From NCBI RefSeq assembly GCF_009914755.1, contig NC_060937.1: a stretch of DNA of 64,000 nt; one strand, written 5' to 3'. The notes beneath the pieces were generated by a model that did not search any database, was not told where the DNA came from, and saw only the letters and a program-made list of their open reading frames with translations. The position numbers and the translations under genes are program-made. Within the stretch, counting starts at the first letter, position 1. Each line of letters starts with the position of its first letter. Shown one piece after another: positions 43,208-56,675 of the stretch. This stretch comes from the human T2T-CHM13v2.0 reference genome, Homo sapiens.

Positions 43208-44767
43208 CTTTGTGGGCTTATCTACCTTCAATCTTTGAAGTTGCTGGCCTTTGGATTTTTTTTTTCCTATTTGATGACCTTGAGAGTTTGATTGTGGTAT
43301 AAGTAGATTCGACCAACTGGCCTCATTTCTGGAAGATTTTAGGGGAACCACGCTCAGCTCCCCACATCAAGACTGCATGCTCTAGCTCTGGAGGACTTTT
43401 ATTGAGACCTGACTTCGTCTTCTGGCTCTTCGAGGTTAGGAATCCACTGTGCTTGGTGGGCTTAAGTGCTCCCAGATAACTGGTCACTCCAGTGGTCACT
43501 CCAGTGGTGCTCTCAGACCACTGGCCACTCCAATGGGTGGTGTCAGCCAAAGTGTTTTGCAATGAGGTGACTGGAGATCCATCCTCATTTACACGTACCA
43601 GTAGCAATGGCAACAGCAGCTGTGGTAGAGTGCTAGCATGTGCTGAGGTTCCTTCCTCCCTGTGGGAAATCACTACAGTGGCAGAAGAAATACAACTGGG
43701 GGCGGCGGGGGGGGTGGGGGAGCGGTGGGCTGCTTCGACTGTGTATGTAGCCACACTAGAAGTGGTGATGATTTAGGGGTGAGGCACGGGCAGACACAGG
43801 TTTGGATGTCTTCTCCATGTCCTGCAATCAGGAGTGATTGCTTAGAGCAGGGGAGGATATGCTGTTGTCTGTTCAGTGTTAGCACAAGGGGAGAGTGCTG
43901 GTTGGGGAGGGCCTTGCTGGCTCTGTGCCCTTCAATGGTGGTCGGTAGGGAGAGGGGGATGAACTGCATTCCAGAGAGCTGGTGAGGCAAGAAAAGTAAA
44001 CAGTGGCACAAACACACACCAGCAAAGTGAAGCAGGGCAGCCCTGGGGGAAGCTGCAGTATGGGGACAGAGCATGTGCACTGGTGTGTGGCCATAGTGGC
44101 TGCCCGCCTGGAGCTTTCTACCAGTCAGGCATGGTCCACCAGTGCAGAGGCTATGGTGTGGCCCCCAGGACACCCAAGGCTGCCTGAAAGCAGATGTGTC
44201 CAGGGTGGGGCACCAGAAGAGGCAGCAGACCAATGAGTGCTCAGGTCAGACCAGCCCCGTCTGATGGGCGAGACTGCCCTGCAGAGTTTATGTCTGAAAA
44301 TTTTCCTAGGGCTAAAGTCTCCTATGGAAGCAAGTCAACCATGGAGGAATGGCTTTCTGTGGCCATGCTCTGCTATAGGTGCTCCAGCACCAAACCCTCT
44401 GGGCTCCACATCAGCTGGCTTGCAGCCCCTACCACTTCTTTAAGCAGCTTTCCCTGCCAAATTGAGTGTCTGTTGTGGTTGAGGGGTCTCCCCCTACCAG
44501 GGTTCCAGAGGCCTGTGGTGAGAATATATTACTCCTTGCCAGTTCAGCTCATCTGTTGCCCCTGAAGCAGTTGGGAATCACGAATGAGTTCTGGTGTACA
44601 GCAGCCACATGCTGGGTTCCCTCCTGTCTCTCCCTTGAGCCTAGCTTCTGTGTCTTTCCTTTGTCCACTCTTGGTTCTTTCCCTCTGAAGATATTTTAGG
44701 AGCACTCCAGTAACCTCAGTTGCTCGATGGAGCTGTTCCACCTGGCTACAGAATGGAATGGAATTCT

Positions 44768-46235
44768 AAATGTGAATTATTTTGTTCAATTTTGTGTTGA
44801 GTTCCCATCTATGATTTTGTGTGTTCATGTAGTTTCTTCATTTTGTTGCTATTTAGTTTGCAGTGCAGTTTCATTCTTCAGGCATGTTTTCTGCTTAGGG
44901 ATAATATAAACAATAATGTTTTGTACTTGATTTGTATGTCTTTTGATGCACATATACATGCATATTGAGTATACACTGAGGAGTGGAATTTCTCTAACAC
45001 AGTGAATCCTTATCTTCATTTAAGTAAATGTAAATTAGTTTTCCTCTATGGTTGTGCATTCTTTCTGTTAGTTTTAAGGTTTCCATTTCTCCACAATTTC
45101 ACTGGCTCCTGCTACTGCTATTGTGGGAGAGGGCGTTATAAAATATGGTTTTGATTTGGGTTTCCTTGTGGACTACTAGAGTGAGAATAGAATGTGCTCA
45201 TTGATCTTTTGACTATGTTATTTTTAAAGTGTCTAAGTCATTTGTCTATGGTGTTATTTGTTTGTAATTCATTATCTTATTGAATTTTAACATTTTAACA
45301 TATATTTTCAGAATATCAGGCTTTATTATCTTTGCGTCTTGTGAATAACTTTTCTCACTATGTTCTTTGTCTTTTTTTTCTCTCTGAATAATGAGTTATG
45401 GTGCTATGAGTTTCTCAGTTTAATAGTCCAATGTATCAAGACACTTGTTTATAGTTAGTATTTTTATTGTAAGAAACTCATCTTTCAAAAGATAAGAAAT
45501 ATTCAACTATATTATACACTCAATGCTTAATTGTTTTGACTTTCACATTGAGGCTTATAGTCTAACAGGATTTGATTTTGTATATAGTATGAAATAGAGG
45601 CCAAATATTTTATATTCTATAAGAGTATAGAATTGACCCATGCTGTTTTTTGAAGACAATGACTTTAACCACTTATGTGCAGTAAATATTTGTTTATATT
45701 TTTATAAATCAAATATGCAATCATCCACTTGACCTCTACTTTGCATTAATGGTCTTTCTACCCATCCTTGTTCCAAAACTATGTTGTCTTAATTGCTGAC
45801 ACTTTGTAAGAAATTTTGATATTTGGTTAAATTAAAAATTCCATCATTTCCTGAACAATTGCCTGGGCTATTCTTTGTCCATTAGATTTACATATAATGT
45901 ATAATATCATTTTTCCATTTTAACACAAACACACACATACAAAGACTTCCGTAAATGTCATGACACTTCCCAAGATGTATAAATTTGTCGGGGCCAAATT
46001 GAAAACTTTACAATGTTAAGTGTTCCAAACAATGGACATGATATGTTCCTCCATTATTTACATGTTCTAATAATTATTTTAATAATATTTTACAGATTCT
46101 TATGTAAGATCATACTCATTTTCATTTATATTTATTTTTAGATATTTGATATGTCTTAATGCTATTTACAGTGGTTTGTTTTCACTTTAGTTTTCTCAAT
46201 TTTTGTTGTTATTGCTTAAAATAAAATTGATGACT
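44768..46235 (-). mobile_element. L1ME-type element, continuation of 38060-38210
   Basis: Antisense old-L1 motifs gagtatacactgaggagtggaattt, gatttgattttgtatatagtatgaaatagagg and cctgggctattctttg. Confidence 0.75.
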
Positions 46236-46559
46236 TTCTTGAAACAAAGTTTTAGCTCTCTTCCACATATGTATTCCATGTGTCTGCAATCATATAATTT
46301 TATCATGGATATGGCAATGGAAAACAGTGAAATGATAAATACACCAATTAATAAGTGTTTTTCAGGTCTGATTGTGTCATTATTGACAAGTTCCCACTAG
46401 GCAAAGTAAGTCACACAGAAGAGCCCTCCCACTTTCTAAATCAAACACTTCGTAAGAATCAAGGATTCAGTGCAATTCATCTACCACAATTTACTTTCTG
46501 GCAACAATTACTTACATCCATCCCATATGTAGTATATATTAACAGTCATCCAAGGGCTA

Positions 46560-48750
46560 CAGAAGTCTCATAAAAGCAAAGCACTAGGACTTGTGAATCC
46601 AAGATCTTGTAATTTACATTTGGTTCAGATGTGGCACCACGCATGGTGTTCCTGTTGATCTGGATACTTATGAATTTATAAGACCAATTATCTGCTCCCC
46701 ACAGACACAAAGAGCAATGGGGACTAAGGGAGAAGATAATTACATAAACACTCTGATTGAAAAGGGAAAAATGGGAGACAAATAGTATTACTGGCACAGA
46801 GCCATTCTGCAAACCAGCAGGCACATATTGGCAGATACCCAAACTACATGGGCAGTGAATGCTCCTTAATTTGGTTCTGCCCCTCAAAAGCAGACTCTCC
46901 AGACCACTTTTCTTTATAATTTTTGCTTCTGTTCTCTGAGGTGTCCTTTTTGTTAACCCTTCTTGGACACTTAAAAAAATAATTTTAACTTTTATTTTAG
47001 ATACAGCGTGGGTGTATACATGCAGGTTTGTTACATGGGTATATTGATTGATGCTGAGCTTTGGAATATGGATCCTGTCACCCAGGAAGTGAGCATAATA
47101 CTCAATAGGTAGTTTTTCAGTGCATGCCAGACTCCCCTTCTCTAGTAGTCCACAGAATCTATAGTTCTCATATTTATGTCCATGAGTACCTGATGTTTAG
47201 CTCCCACTTATAAGTGAGAACATGCGGTATTCGGTTTCTACTTTTGTGTTAATTCACTTACAATGATGGCTTCCAGCTGAATCCCTGTTACTTCAGTGGA
47301 CATGTTTTCATTCTTTTTTTTATGTTTGTATAGTATTCCATGGTGTGTATTTATCACATTTTCTTTATCCAATTCACCATTGATTAACATCTTGGTTGAC
47401 TTCACATCTTTGCTATTGTGAATAGTCCTGCAACGAACATATGACTTGCATGTGCCTGTTTGGCAGAATAATTTATTCTCTTTTGGCTATATGCCCAGTA
47501 ATTGTATTGGTGGGTTGAATGGTAGCTCTGTTTTAAGTTCTTTGAGAAATCTCCAAACTGCTTTCCACAGTGACTGAACTAATTTACATTCCCGCCAACA
47601 GTGTATTAGGCTTCCTTTTACTCTGCAGCCTCCCCAACATCTGTCATTATTTGACTTTTTAATAGCAGCCATACTGACTGATGAGATGTAGCATTTCAAG
47701 GTGGCTTTGCTTTGTACCTCTCTGATAATGAGTGATGATGAGCATTTTTTATATGTTTTTTGGCCACTTACATGTCTTTTTTTGAGAAATGTATCTTCAT
47801 GTACTATGCTTGGCCACTTTCGAATAAGGCATTGAGTTATATGGTCTTTGAACAATATTTTCAGCCTATTTACAGATGGGTGAAATGTGGGGGCCTAAGG
47901 CAAAGTCCATTTTGAATAGTTTTAGCCCATTTTAGTCCAATCTGGCAGACTTTTGCTAAGACAGTCTGCTTGAAAATGTGAGTTTTCTATAAATCTGAAT
48001 TTATTTCATTCCATGTGTCAAAAGCCTCACTCACAAACTTTTAAAGTCATGCCTGCCAATCTGTATATAGCTACTGCTACTCTGATCTTGTGATACTTCT
48101 GTGACACAGTGTACTTAAGTTTCCTAGAAGCCTTTGCCTGAGAGGGCATATCACCTTAACTTTTTCAATGGCATTAATGAAGGAACTTACATCTATGCCT
48201 TTGATCTGGTCTTTGTCCCAAGTATATTTCACTTTGAGAAATCATTTTTTCTTGGAAAGAACTGGAGATAAGAAAGAAGAAGTCTTATTTTTTTAGTACT
48301 GGTAGTCTTGAGCTCTTTATATTTTTCTAAATTTTGCTAGCAATCTTTTCCATTCTCTCTTTAGTTTTCTCTTTCTTCTGGTATCTTATGGCATGCAGCT
48401 AGTAAAACCTATATGATATGTCAACATTCTGCTTGGAAATTTTGCTGCTCAAATCTTAAAGTTCATTAAGTGTCCTTTTTTCCTACCCTCCAAGGAACCA
48501 CAAGTGACAGCCTTATCATTCATTTCACAACTATATCCTATGGGTTACTATTTATCCAGCTTTATAACAGTTTTCTCACTATTTTTATGCTCTGCAAATA
48601 GATTCCTCAATACTTTGCCAGATTCTATGAGTGACCTGGTTTCAAAACATAGATCAAATGATTTTCCTTTTTTCCAGTAGTACCACACTTCTATTACAAA
48701 TTTAGTTCTCACTTACCTTTTGCAGGTTAAAAGAACACCTCAGAATTCCT
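46560..48750 (-). mobile_element. Ancient MaLR internal sequence (MLT1-int) with LTR stub, split by L1PA16-type insertion
   Basis: gaaaagggaaaaatgggag..gccattctgcaaaccagcaggcaca and the terminal agtaccacacttctattacaaattt (MaLR int/LTR junction motif). Confidence 0.65.
46982..47825 (-). mobile_element. L1PA15/16-type 5'-truncated element
   Basis: catgcaggtttgttacatgggtatattg..gatgctgag..gtcacccaggaagtgagcata. Track peptide [31 protein letters not shown]. Confidence 0.92.
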
Positions 48751-48774
48751 TTTTATAATGTGTGTGTTCATGTC

Positions 48775-51043
48775 TGTATTAGTCTCTTCCCATGCTGCTG
48801 ATAAAGACATACCTGAGACTGAGCAATTTACAAAAGAATCAGGTTTATTGGACTTACAGTTTCATGTGGCTAGGAGACCTCACAATCATGGCAGAAGGTG
48901 AAAGGCACATCTCAAATGACAGCAGACAAGAGAAGAGAGCTTGTGGAAAAAAACTCCCATTTTTGAAACCATTAGATCTCATGAGACTCATTCCCTATCC
49001 TGAGAACAGCCCAGGAAAGACCCACCCCCATAATTCAATCACCTCCCACCACATGTGGGAATTGGGGGAGTTACAATTCAAGATGAGATTTGGGTGGGGA
49101 CAAAGCCAAACCATATTATTCCACCTCTGACCCCTCCCAAATCTCATGTCCTCACATTTCAAACCTATCATGACTTCCCAGCAGTCCCCAAAAGTCTAAA
49201 CTCATTTCAACATTAACTCAAAAGTCCACAGTCCAATGTCTCATCTGAGACAAGACAAATCCCCTCTGCCTATGAGCCTGTAACAGCAAAAGAAAGTTAG
49301 TTACTTCCTAGATACAATGGGGTACAAGACATTGGGTAAATGCAGCCATTCCAAATGGGAGATATTGGCCAAAATAAAGGGGCTACAGGCCCCATGCAAG
49401 TCCAAAATCCAGTGAGGCAGTCAAATCTTAAAAGTTCCAAAATGATCTTCTTTGACTCCACATCTCACATCCAGGTCACACTGATGCAAGAGGTGGGTTC
49501 CCATGGCCTTGGGCAGTTCTGCCCCTGTGGCTTTGCAGGTTACAGCCTCCCTCCCAACTACTTTAACAGTGTGGTGTTGAGTGTCTGCAGCTATTCCAGG
49601 TGCAAAGTCCAAGCTGTCAGTGGAGCTACCATTCCAGGGTCTGGAGGACAGTGACCCTCTTCTCACAGTTTCACTAGGTGGTGCTGCAGTAGGGACTCTG
49701 TGTGGGGCTCTGACCCCACATTTCTCTTCCACATTGTCCTAGCAGAGGTTCTCCATGAGTGCCCCACTCCTGCAGCAAACCTCTGCCTGGGCATCCAGAC
49801 ATTTCCATACAACTTCTGAAATATAGGCAGAGGTTCCCAAACCTCAGTTATTGATTCTGTGCACCTGCAGGCTCAAAACAATATGGAAGCTGCCAAGGCT
49901 TGAGGCGTGCACCCTCTGAAGCAAGAGCCTGATCTGTACCTTGGCCCGTTTTAGTCATGACTGAAGTGGCTGGGATGCAGGGCACCAAATACCTAGACTG
50001 CACACAGCAGAGGAACCCTGGGCCCAGCCCACAAAATCATTTTTCCTCCTAAACCTCTGGGCCTGTGATGGGAGGGGTTGCCATGAAGACCTCTAACATG
50101 CCCTGGAGACAGTTTCCCCATTGTCTTGGTGAGTAACATTCAACTCCTCATTTCTTACGCAAATTTCTGCAGCAGGCTTGAATTTTTCCATCAAAAATAG
50201 GATTTTCTTTTCTATTGCATTATCAGGTTGCAAATTTTCCAAACTTTTATGCTCTGCTTCCCATATGAAACTGAATGCCTTTAACAACATCCAAGTCACC
50301 TATTGATTGCTTTGTTGCTTAGGATTTTCTTCCACCAGATACCCTAAATCATCTCTCTCAAGTTAAATGTTTCACAAATCTCTAGGGCAGGGCAAAATGC
50401 CAAGAGTCTGTTTGCTAAAACAACAAGAGTCACCTTTGCTCCAGTTCCCAACAAGTTCCTCATCTCTCTCTGAGACCACCTCAACCTGGACTTTATTGTC
50501 TATATCACTATCAGCATTTTGGGCAAAGGCATTCAACAAGTCTCCAGGAAGTTCCAAACTTTCCCACATTTTCCTGTCTCCTGAGACCTCCAAACTTTTC
50601 CAGCCTCTGCCTGTTACCTAGCTCCAAAGTCGCTTCTACATTTTCAGGTATCTTTTCAGCAATGCCCCACTCTACTGGTACCAATTTACTGTATTAGTCT
50701 GTTCTCACACTGTGATAAAGACATACCTGAGACTGCGCAATTTACAAAAGAAAGAGGTTTATTGGACTTACAGTTCCATATGTCTGGGGAGACCTCACCA
50801 TCATAGCAGGAGGTGAAAGGTACATCTCACAGGGCAGCAAGTAAAAGAGAGCTTGTGCACAAAAACTCCCATTTTTAAAACCATCAGATCTCATAAGGCT
50901 CATTCACTATCACGAGAACAGCCCAGGAAAGACCTGCCCCATAATTCAATCACCTCCCACCAAGTTCCTCCCAAGACACATGGGAATTATGGGAGTTACA
51001 ATTCAAGATGAGATTTGAGTGGGGACACAGCCAAACCATATCA
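48775..51043 (-). mobile_element. Complete THE1 (THE1A/B-like MaLR) provirus: LTR 48775-49118, internal 49119-50689, LTR 50690-51043
   Basis: Two direct LTRs tgtattagtc..gccaaaccatat(t/c)a. Internal ORF remnants RKMWESLELPGDLLNAFAQNADSDIDNKVQ and KATGAELPKAMGTHLLHQ. Confidence 0.97.
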
Positions 51044-51055
51044 GTCTCTACAATA

Positions 51056-51460
51056 GCAGTTCTCAAAGTACAGTCTAGACACTTTTGAGATTCCCAGTAC
51101 CAGTGGTGTCTGTAATGTCAAAATTATTTCCACCATAATTCTAAAATATAATTTGCTCTTTTCTCTCTGAATATCTAAAAAGTATAATTTTACAGAGGTC
51201 ATGTGGCATGTAATGATACACTTCTTCTAAATGCTAATGGAATGTGTAGGTGTGTATTCATGCTTTTCCATAATTTTCTAAGTAGAGTCAGAGTATAAAT
51301 CTGTGCATTTTCAGAGACCGAGTCAGTGTTAGTACTTCTATTGTCCTCTTATAAGCAATGTTTGCTTTACTTGCTATAACCTCTGTAAATGTGTTATAGT
51401 CCAAAAATTTTGTATTTTTAAATTGCCAATTTCCCATAGGAATAAAACATAAAATAAATA
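51056..51460 (+). mobile_element. hAT-Charlie DNA transposon fragment (Charlie1-like)
   Basis: agcagttctcaaagt TIR-like start, gtcaaaattattt, gctaatggaatgtgtaggtgtgtattc and gtgcattttcagaga. Confidence 0.7.
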
Positions 51461-51479
51461 TGCTATTTTTGTCCTCTTA

Positions 51480-51790
51480 TATTTTTCAATGACACATTAA
51501 ATATTTATATTTTCTATTATAATATTTGTTATGTTTTATAATAATATTTCATAATATTTTAAACATTTCTTAAAAAGTCTTTTCATTCAGAGTTTTTTAA
51601 AACATTTAAAATGAATCTAACATGTATCTTAAATTGCTTATTTTAGAATTCAACTATATTATTTTGGTTTAATTTCAATTGATTACCTTATTTTAAAATT
51701 TAATAATCTAATTAAATTATTTATTTTAATTATTAATTAAAATTTAAATATTTAATTAAATTATTTTATTTTAGAATTTAATAATCTCTT
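51480..51790. repeat. Extremely AT-rich low-complexity tract
   Basis: Almost only A/T, with repeated ttatttta(a/g)aatttaataatct. Confidence 0.85.
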
Positions 51791-52619
51791 GATCATATCA
51801 GCCTTCTCTGTAGCTTAGCCCACTCACAGTTTCAGGAATATCCTTATCCAAAGACAGCAGATCCATGGAGAAATATCCTGTGTTTCTGAATCCCGCTAAT
51901 ACTCATGGAAAGCCATCAAAACCACTGGAAAACAAATTAATTTTCATACATCTTTGCCTAGTCCATCTTTTAAATATGAGATTGAGAAATACTTTGTATT
52001 GATAATAAATATATTGTTGGAAATGTTTTTCACCTTTTTTTGGTTGGGAAAGGTAAAAGCACCTAAATGCAATTTTTAGTTCATTGACAAGGCTTTTGTA
52101 GTTACAACTTTAAAATTCATTTTCCATTTTCTTTAAGTAGCACTTATTTTTGCATCTCTGTGAATAATGTACATTAGCAAAAAAGATAGTAAGACAGGAG
52201 ATAGAATATAAAAGCTGAAATATATTATTCTCCAAATATGTGATCTGTTTGGTTGATTCTATCTATTAAATTTTATCCTTAGTATATTTGAAAATGTATG
52301 AGACTTTATTTGCTTTTTAAATATGCCCATCAAAGATCCTGAGAAGAATAAATCTTTTACTAATGGATACCAAAGTATACTTATTATTTCACTATATGCC
52401 ACTAGAATAATGCTGCTAGCTCTTATTTTATGATTTGACCATAAAAATACTTTGCAACTCCAAGTATAAAATGACATTGAAATGCACATTATATAACTTT
52501 TATAAGATTTGTAACATGGGAATTATCTGAAAATGATTCACTTCTTCATGGAAATTAATATGAGTTTGGGTGTTGAAATTAGCTCATAAAGAACTGGCTT
52601 ATAGTCAGAAGGATGTTCA

Positions 52620-53720
52620 TGTCAAATTTCTCATCAACTCTTTAATACATCCGGTTCTCTCCCTCCACTTCTATCTTCATAGCCTAAGTAACCCTAATTT
52701 CTCACCTAACCAATTGTAAGAGCACTATTAACCAGTTTTCCTAAATCTATTCTTACTCCATTCTAGTATTTTTCTATAGATCAGAGTGATATTTGCAAAC
52801 TGCATTTTTTTTCATCTCAGTGCTCCCACTTTCCCCATTTTACTTTAATTGGTTTATATAGCAATAAAAATTAGGTTTGGCCAAATATAGCCACAGAAAT
52901 AAGAATTGTCATGTCTAAAATGAAATGCAATATTAGTTTTTTTCTCATAAAGTAAGTTTTGAGGTAAGAATATAGGCCTGATTTGATAACTTCATGGTGT
53001 CATCGAGAAACCAAGTTTTAATTTCGACTCTACCATCTTCAGTACTGACTGCCTTCTCTAAAACCATTTAATAATACAAAACCGCTGCTATACCATTAGC
53101 AATTACATCTATATTCTAGGCAGCTGGTAGAAGAAAGTGTGCTCTTCAGAGCTGAGTCAGCTCCTTTTAAACAGATATTCTGAATTTTGCACCAATACTT
53201 TTTCTTACCTCCATTGACCAACACTTAGTCATATGATCACTTAATATTACAAGCAACATTGGGTGAAATCTTCAATCTGTTTCATTAAGACACAAGATGA
53301 GAATGGATAATTACTAGGCAATTATTGAAAGCTGCCACAGTTCATGTTTTTTCTAAAATAGGATCAAAATTTCTAATTGTCTGTGAAGCCCTGTAGTTCT
53401 AGATCCTGCCTTATTTCACACATCATTCCTCCAATTTCCCTCTGTATTTAAGGTATATTGGCTTTCCTTAAGATTCCCAGGATGACACATTCACTCCTCT
53501 CATCATATGTTTCCAGATATTCTTTTAAGATACTTACACACTTTTTATTTTCCACTTAATTTAAAGATTTCAGCCAAGCCCGTTTTTCAAGGGAGTGTTC
53601 CTTGATATGCTTATAATTAACTCTCCTTGTTGAATATTCTCACTGTACTACCTAAATGTTCTTCATATCACATATTATATATTAATTATATTATAACTTT
53701 TGTGATTATTTAATCAAAGG
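52620..53720 (+). mobile_element. L2 fragment interrupted by an antisense MLT1-type LTR (about 52860-53339)
   Basis: L2 motifs catccggttctctccctccact and cagagtgatatttgcaaactgca. The LTR ends aggcaatt..gctgccaca. Confidence 0.6.
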
Positions 53721-54340
53721 GGAATTGGTTGTCAGCTAGCAATGTGGTTGATTTCTTCACAGGAGAATAGCAATCAATTAGATCATCCTTTATATGTGTT
53801 TACAAGGGGATTCTCTCAATCTCTTCCACTAGTCCTTAATATTTTCCCCGAAAACTACTTATGGCCAGTGCAAATGTCTCTTAAATTAGGGCAGAATAAC
53901 GTATTAACTCACAATTTTCTCCAATGTAATTATATATCCAAAGTCAAAACTATGGCTCTTTTTATCTTTCATCCAAATTTTGTCAAACCACATTGTCCAA
54001 TATATTTAATCAAAGGATTTGCAAAACATCAAATGCAATGTTAAGTTATTCCAATAATAAAATGTCATCCATAGGTTATTGTCACGTTTTAATATAAGAC
54101 TTCTAATCAAATTCCTGGGAAGGAGGAGTCTAAAAATTCAATTATTTTGCAGATGAAAATATAATAATAACAAAATATGAATAAATTAAAATTCAAAATT
54201 AATATTGAGCCTTATTTGAGTTAAAATGTCAAAGAAATTGGAATCTATTAGAATGTCATACTCTGCTCACTCTTATTCTGAGAACCTCTTGTTGGCGATC
54301 ACAAAACAGGTTACTTCAGAAGCTGCTTCTCAGGCTACTT

Positions 54341-55628
54341 TATTTATTTATTTATTTATTTATTATATTTTAAGTTCTAGGGTACATGTGCACAACGTGC
54401 AGGTTTATTACATATGTATACATGTGCTATATTGGTGTGCTGCACCCATTAACTCGTCATTTACATTAGGTATATCTCCTAAAGAAATGGGGAAAAGATT
54501 CCCTATTTAATAAATTGTGCTGGGAAAACTAGCTAGCCATATGTAGAAAGCTGAAACTGGATCCCTTCCTTACACCTTATACAAAAATGAATTCAAGATG
54601 GATTAAAGACTAAAATGTCAGACCTAAAACCATAAAAACCTTAGAGGAAAACCTAGGCAATACCATTCAGGACATAGGCATGGGCAAGGACTTCATGTCT
54701 AAAACACCAAAGGCAATGGCATCAAAAGCCAAAATAGACAAATGGGATCTAATTAAACTAAAGAGCTTCTGCACAGCAAAAGAAACTACCATCAGAGTGA
54801 ACAGGCAACCTACAGAATGGGAGAAAATTTTTGCAATCTACCCATCTCACAAAGGGCTAATATCCAGAATCTACAAAGAACTTAAACAAATTTACAAGAA
54901 AAAATCAAACAACCCCATCAAAAAGTGGGCAAAGGATATGAATAGACACTTTTCAAAAGAAGACATATATGCAGCCAACAGACACATGAAAAAAATGCTC
55001 ATCATCACTCGTCATCAGAGAAATACAAATCAAAACCACAATGAGATACCATCTCACGCCAGTTAGGATGGTGATCCTTAAAAAGTCAGGAAACAACAGG
55101 TGCTGGAGAGGATGTGGAGAAATAGGAACACTTTTACACTGTTGGTGGGACTGTAAACTAGTTCAATCATTGTGGAAGACAGTGTGGCGATTCTTCAAGG
55201 ATCTAGAACTAGAAATACGATTTGACCCAGTGATCCCATTACTGGGTATATACCCAAAGGATTATAAATCATGCTGCTATAAAGACACATGCACACGTGT
55301 TTATTGTGGCACTATTCACAAGAGCAGAGACTTGGAACCAACCCAAATTTCCATCAATGATAGACTGGATTAAGAAAACGTGGCACATATACCCCATGGA
55401 ATACTATACAGCCATGAAAAAGGATGAGTTCATGTCCTTTGTAGGGACACGGATGAAGCTGGAAACCATCATTCTGAGCAAACTATCACAAGGACAGAAA
55501 ACCAAACACCACGTGTTCTCACTCATAGGTGGGAATTGAACAATGAGAACACTTGGACACAGGGTGGGGAATATCACACATTGGGGCCTGTTGTGGGGTG
55601 GGGGAGGGGGAAAGGGGGAGGGATAGCA
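54341..55628 (-). mobile_element. 5'-inverted L1PA4/5-type element (twin priming) with TSD
   Basis: 54341-54481 is the antisense tail and 3' UTR. 54482-55628 is sense ORF2 3' part ([35 protein letters not shown]). TSD tcaggctactt at 54330-54340 and 55629-55639. Confidence 0.97.
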
Positions 55629-56387
55629 TCAGGCTACTTCTTTAAGAATTGATATAGTTCCCCCAGAATCTCAGAAGTTGACTGAGTTTAAAGTGCCTGA
55701 TAAGCCTCATGTTTGAAAAAGCTCAAAGAGTTAATAGAATACACTTGACTTTTCAAGCTATGGCACTGCCACTGCCAAGTATGAAAAACAAGACAGTTTC
55801 AAACCCCCATGCAGTTGTTCCAAGCAGAAGTTTCCTCTCTGTCCAAAAAACATAAACCCAGTATTCCAACCTAGTATTAACCCAACGATCATAAAAGAGA
55901 CTCAAGATCTGAAAGAAAAGAGTGGACTTCAAGAATCAAGTCAGTATATGCCAGTGTGAATTCAAAGTTACATGGAGAAATATCTAAGCAAATAAATAAT
56001 TTTAACATTGTACATTTCTGATTACGGCGTTAGGTGTTTATTTTTCTGTACTGCCTTTCTTCCTTCAGAGACGGACATTAAAAATATTGCTACTTTTTCA
56101 CAAGTATTAGAAGTGAGTACTAGTGATAATCTTAGCCAATACATTTGAATGGTTTTTAATTTACATCCAATGTATTCAAATCTTAATTTTTATTCCCTCC
56201 TTCCTGTCCATGTTTTTGCAATCCTGATTCTAAACTGTGGACTTCAGATAATGTCATAGCATCTGCACTTCCATGTGAACATACCTGTTTATTTTTTCCT
56301 CTAGTGGTTTATGCTCCTCTCTAGCTATGAATTTGGTTATTTTTTAACTTTCTTTTCAAATTAACATTATTTTAAATTGACAAATAG

Positions 56388-56675
56388 TCACCTCAAATCT
56401 GTTAGAATGGCTTTTATCAAAAATAAAAAAGATAAAAAGTGTTGACAATGATGCGGCAAAAAAAGAAACCCTTGTAAATTGTTGGTAGAAATCTAAATTA
56501 ATACAGCCATTATGGAAACCAGTATGGTGGTTCCTCAAAAAACTTAAAATAGAACCTCAAAATGATCTAGCATCTTATTTCTGGAAATATATCCAAATGG
56601 ATTAAAATTAGTATATCAAAGGGATATCTGCATGCCTTTGTTCATTAAAACATTATCACAATAGCCAAAATATGA
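56388..56675 (+). mobile_element. L1M ORF2 C-terminal fragment
   Basis: ctgttagaatggcttttatcaaaaa..cagccattatggaaaccagtatggtggttcctcaaaaaa. Confidence 0.85.

Larger units (their letters stand above)
38223..44750 (-). mobile_element. Near-full-length L1PA13-15-type LINE-1 (~6.5 kb), inactive, inserted in an L1ME 3' end
   Basis: Continuous antisense 3' UTR, ORF2, ORF1 and GC-richer 5' UTR (43210-44750). TSD aatgaaattct (38212-38222) / aatggaattct (44757-44767). Confidence 0.95.

Noticed and set aside
43673-44233. Longest ORF (186 aa) and overlapping 100-140 aa ORFs at 43.3-44.6 kb
   Set aside because: They lie in the GC-richer L1 5' UTR where stops are rare. There is no recognisable domain, and the poly-Pro/poly-Gly stretches come from a G-run.
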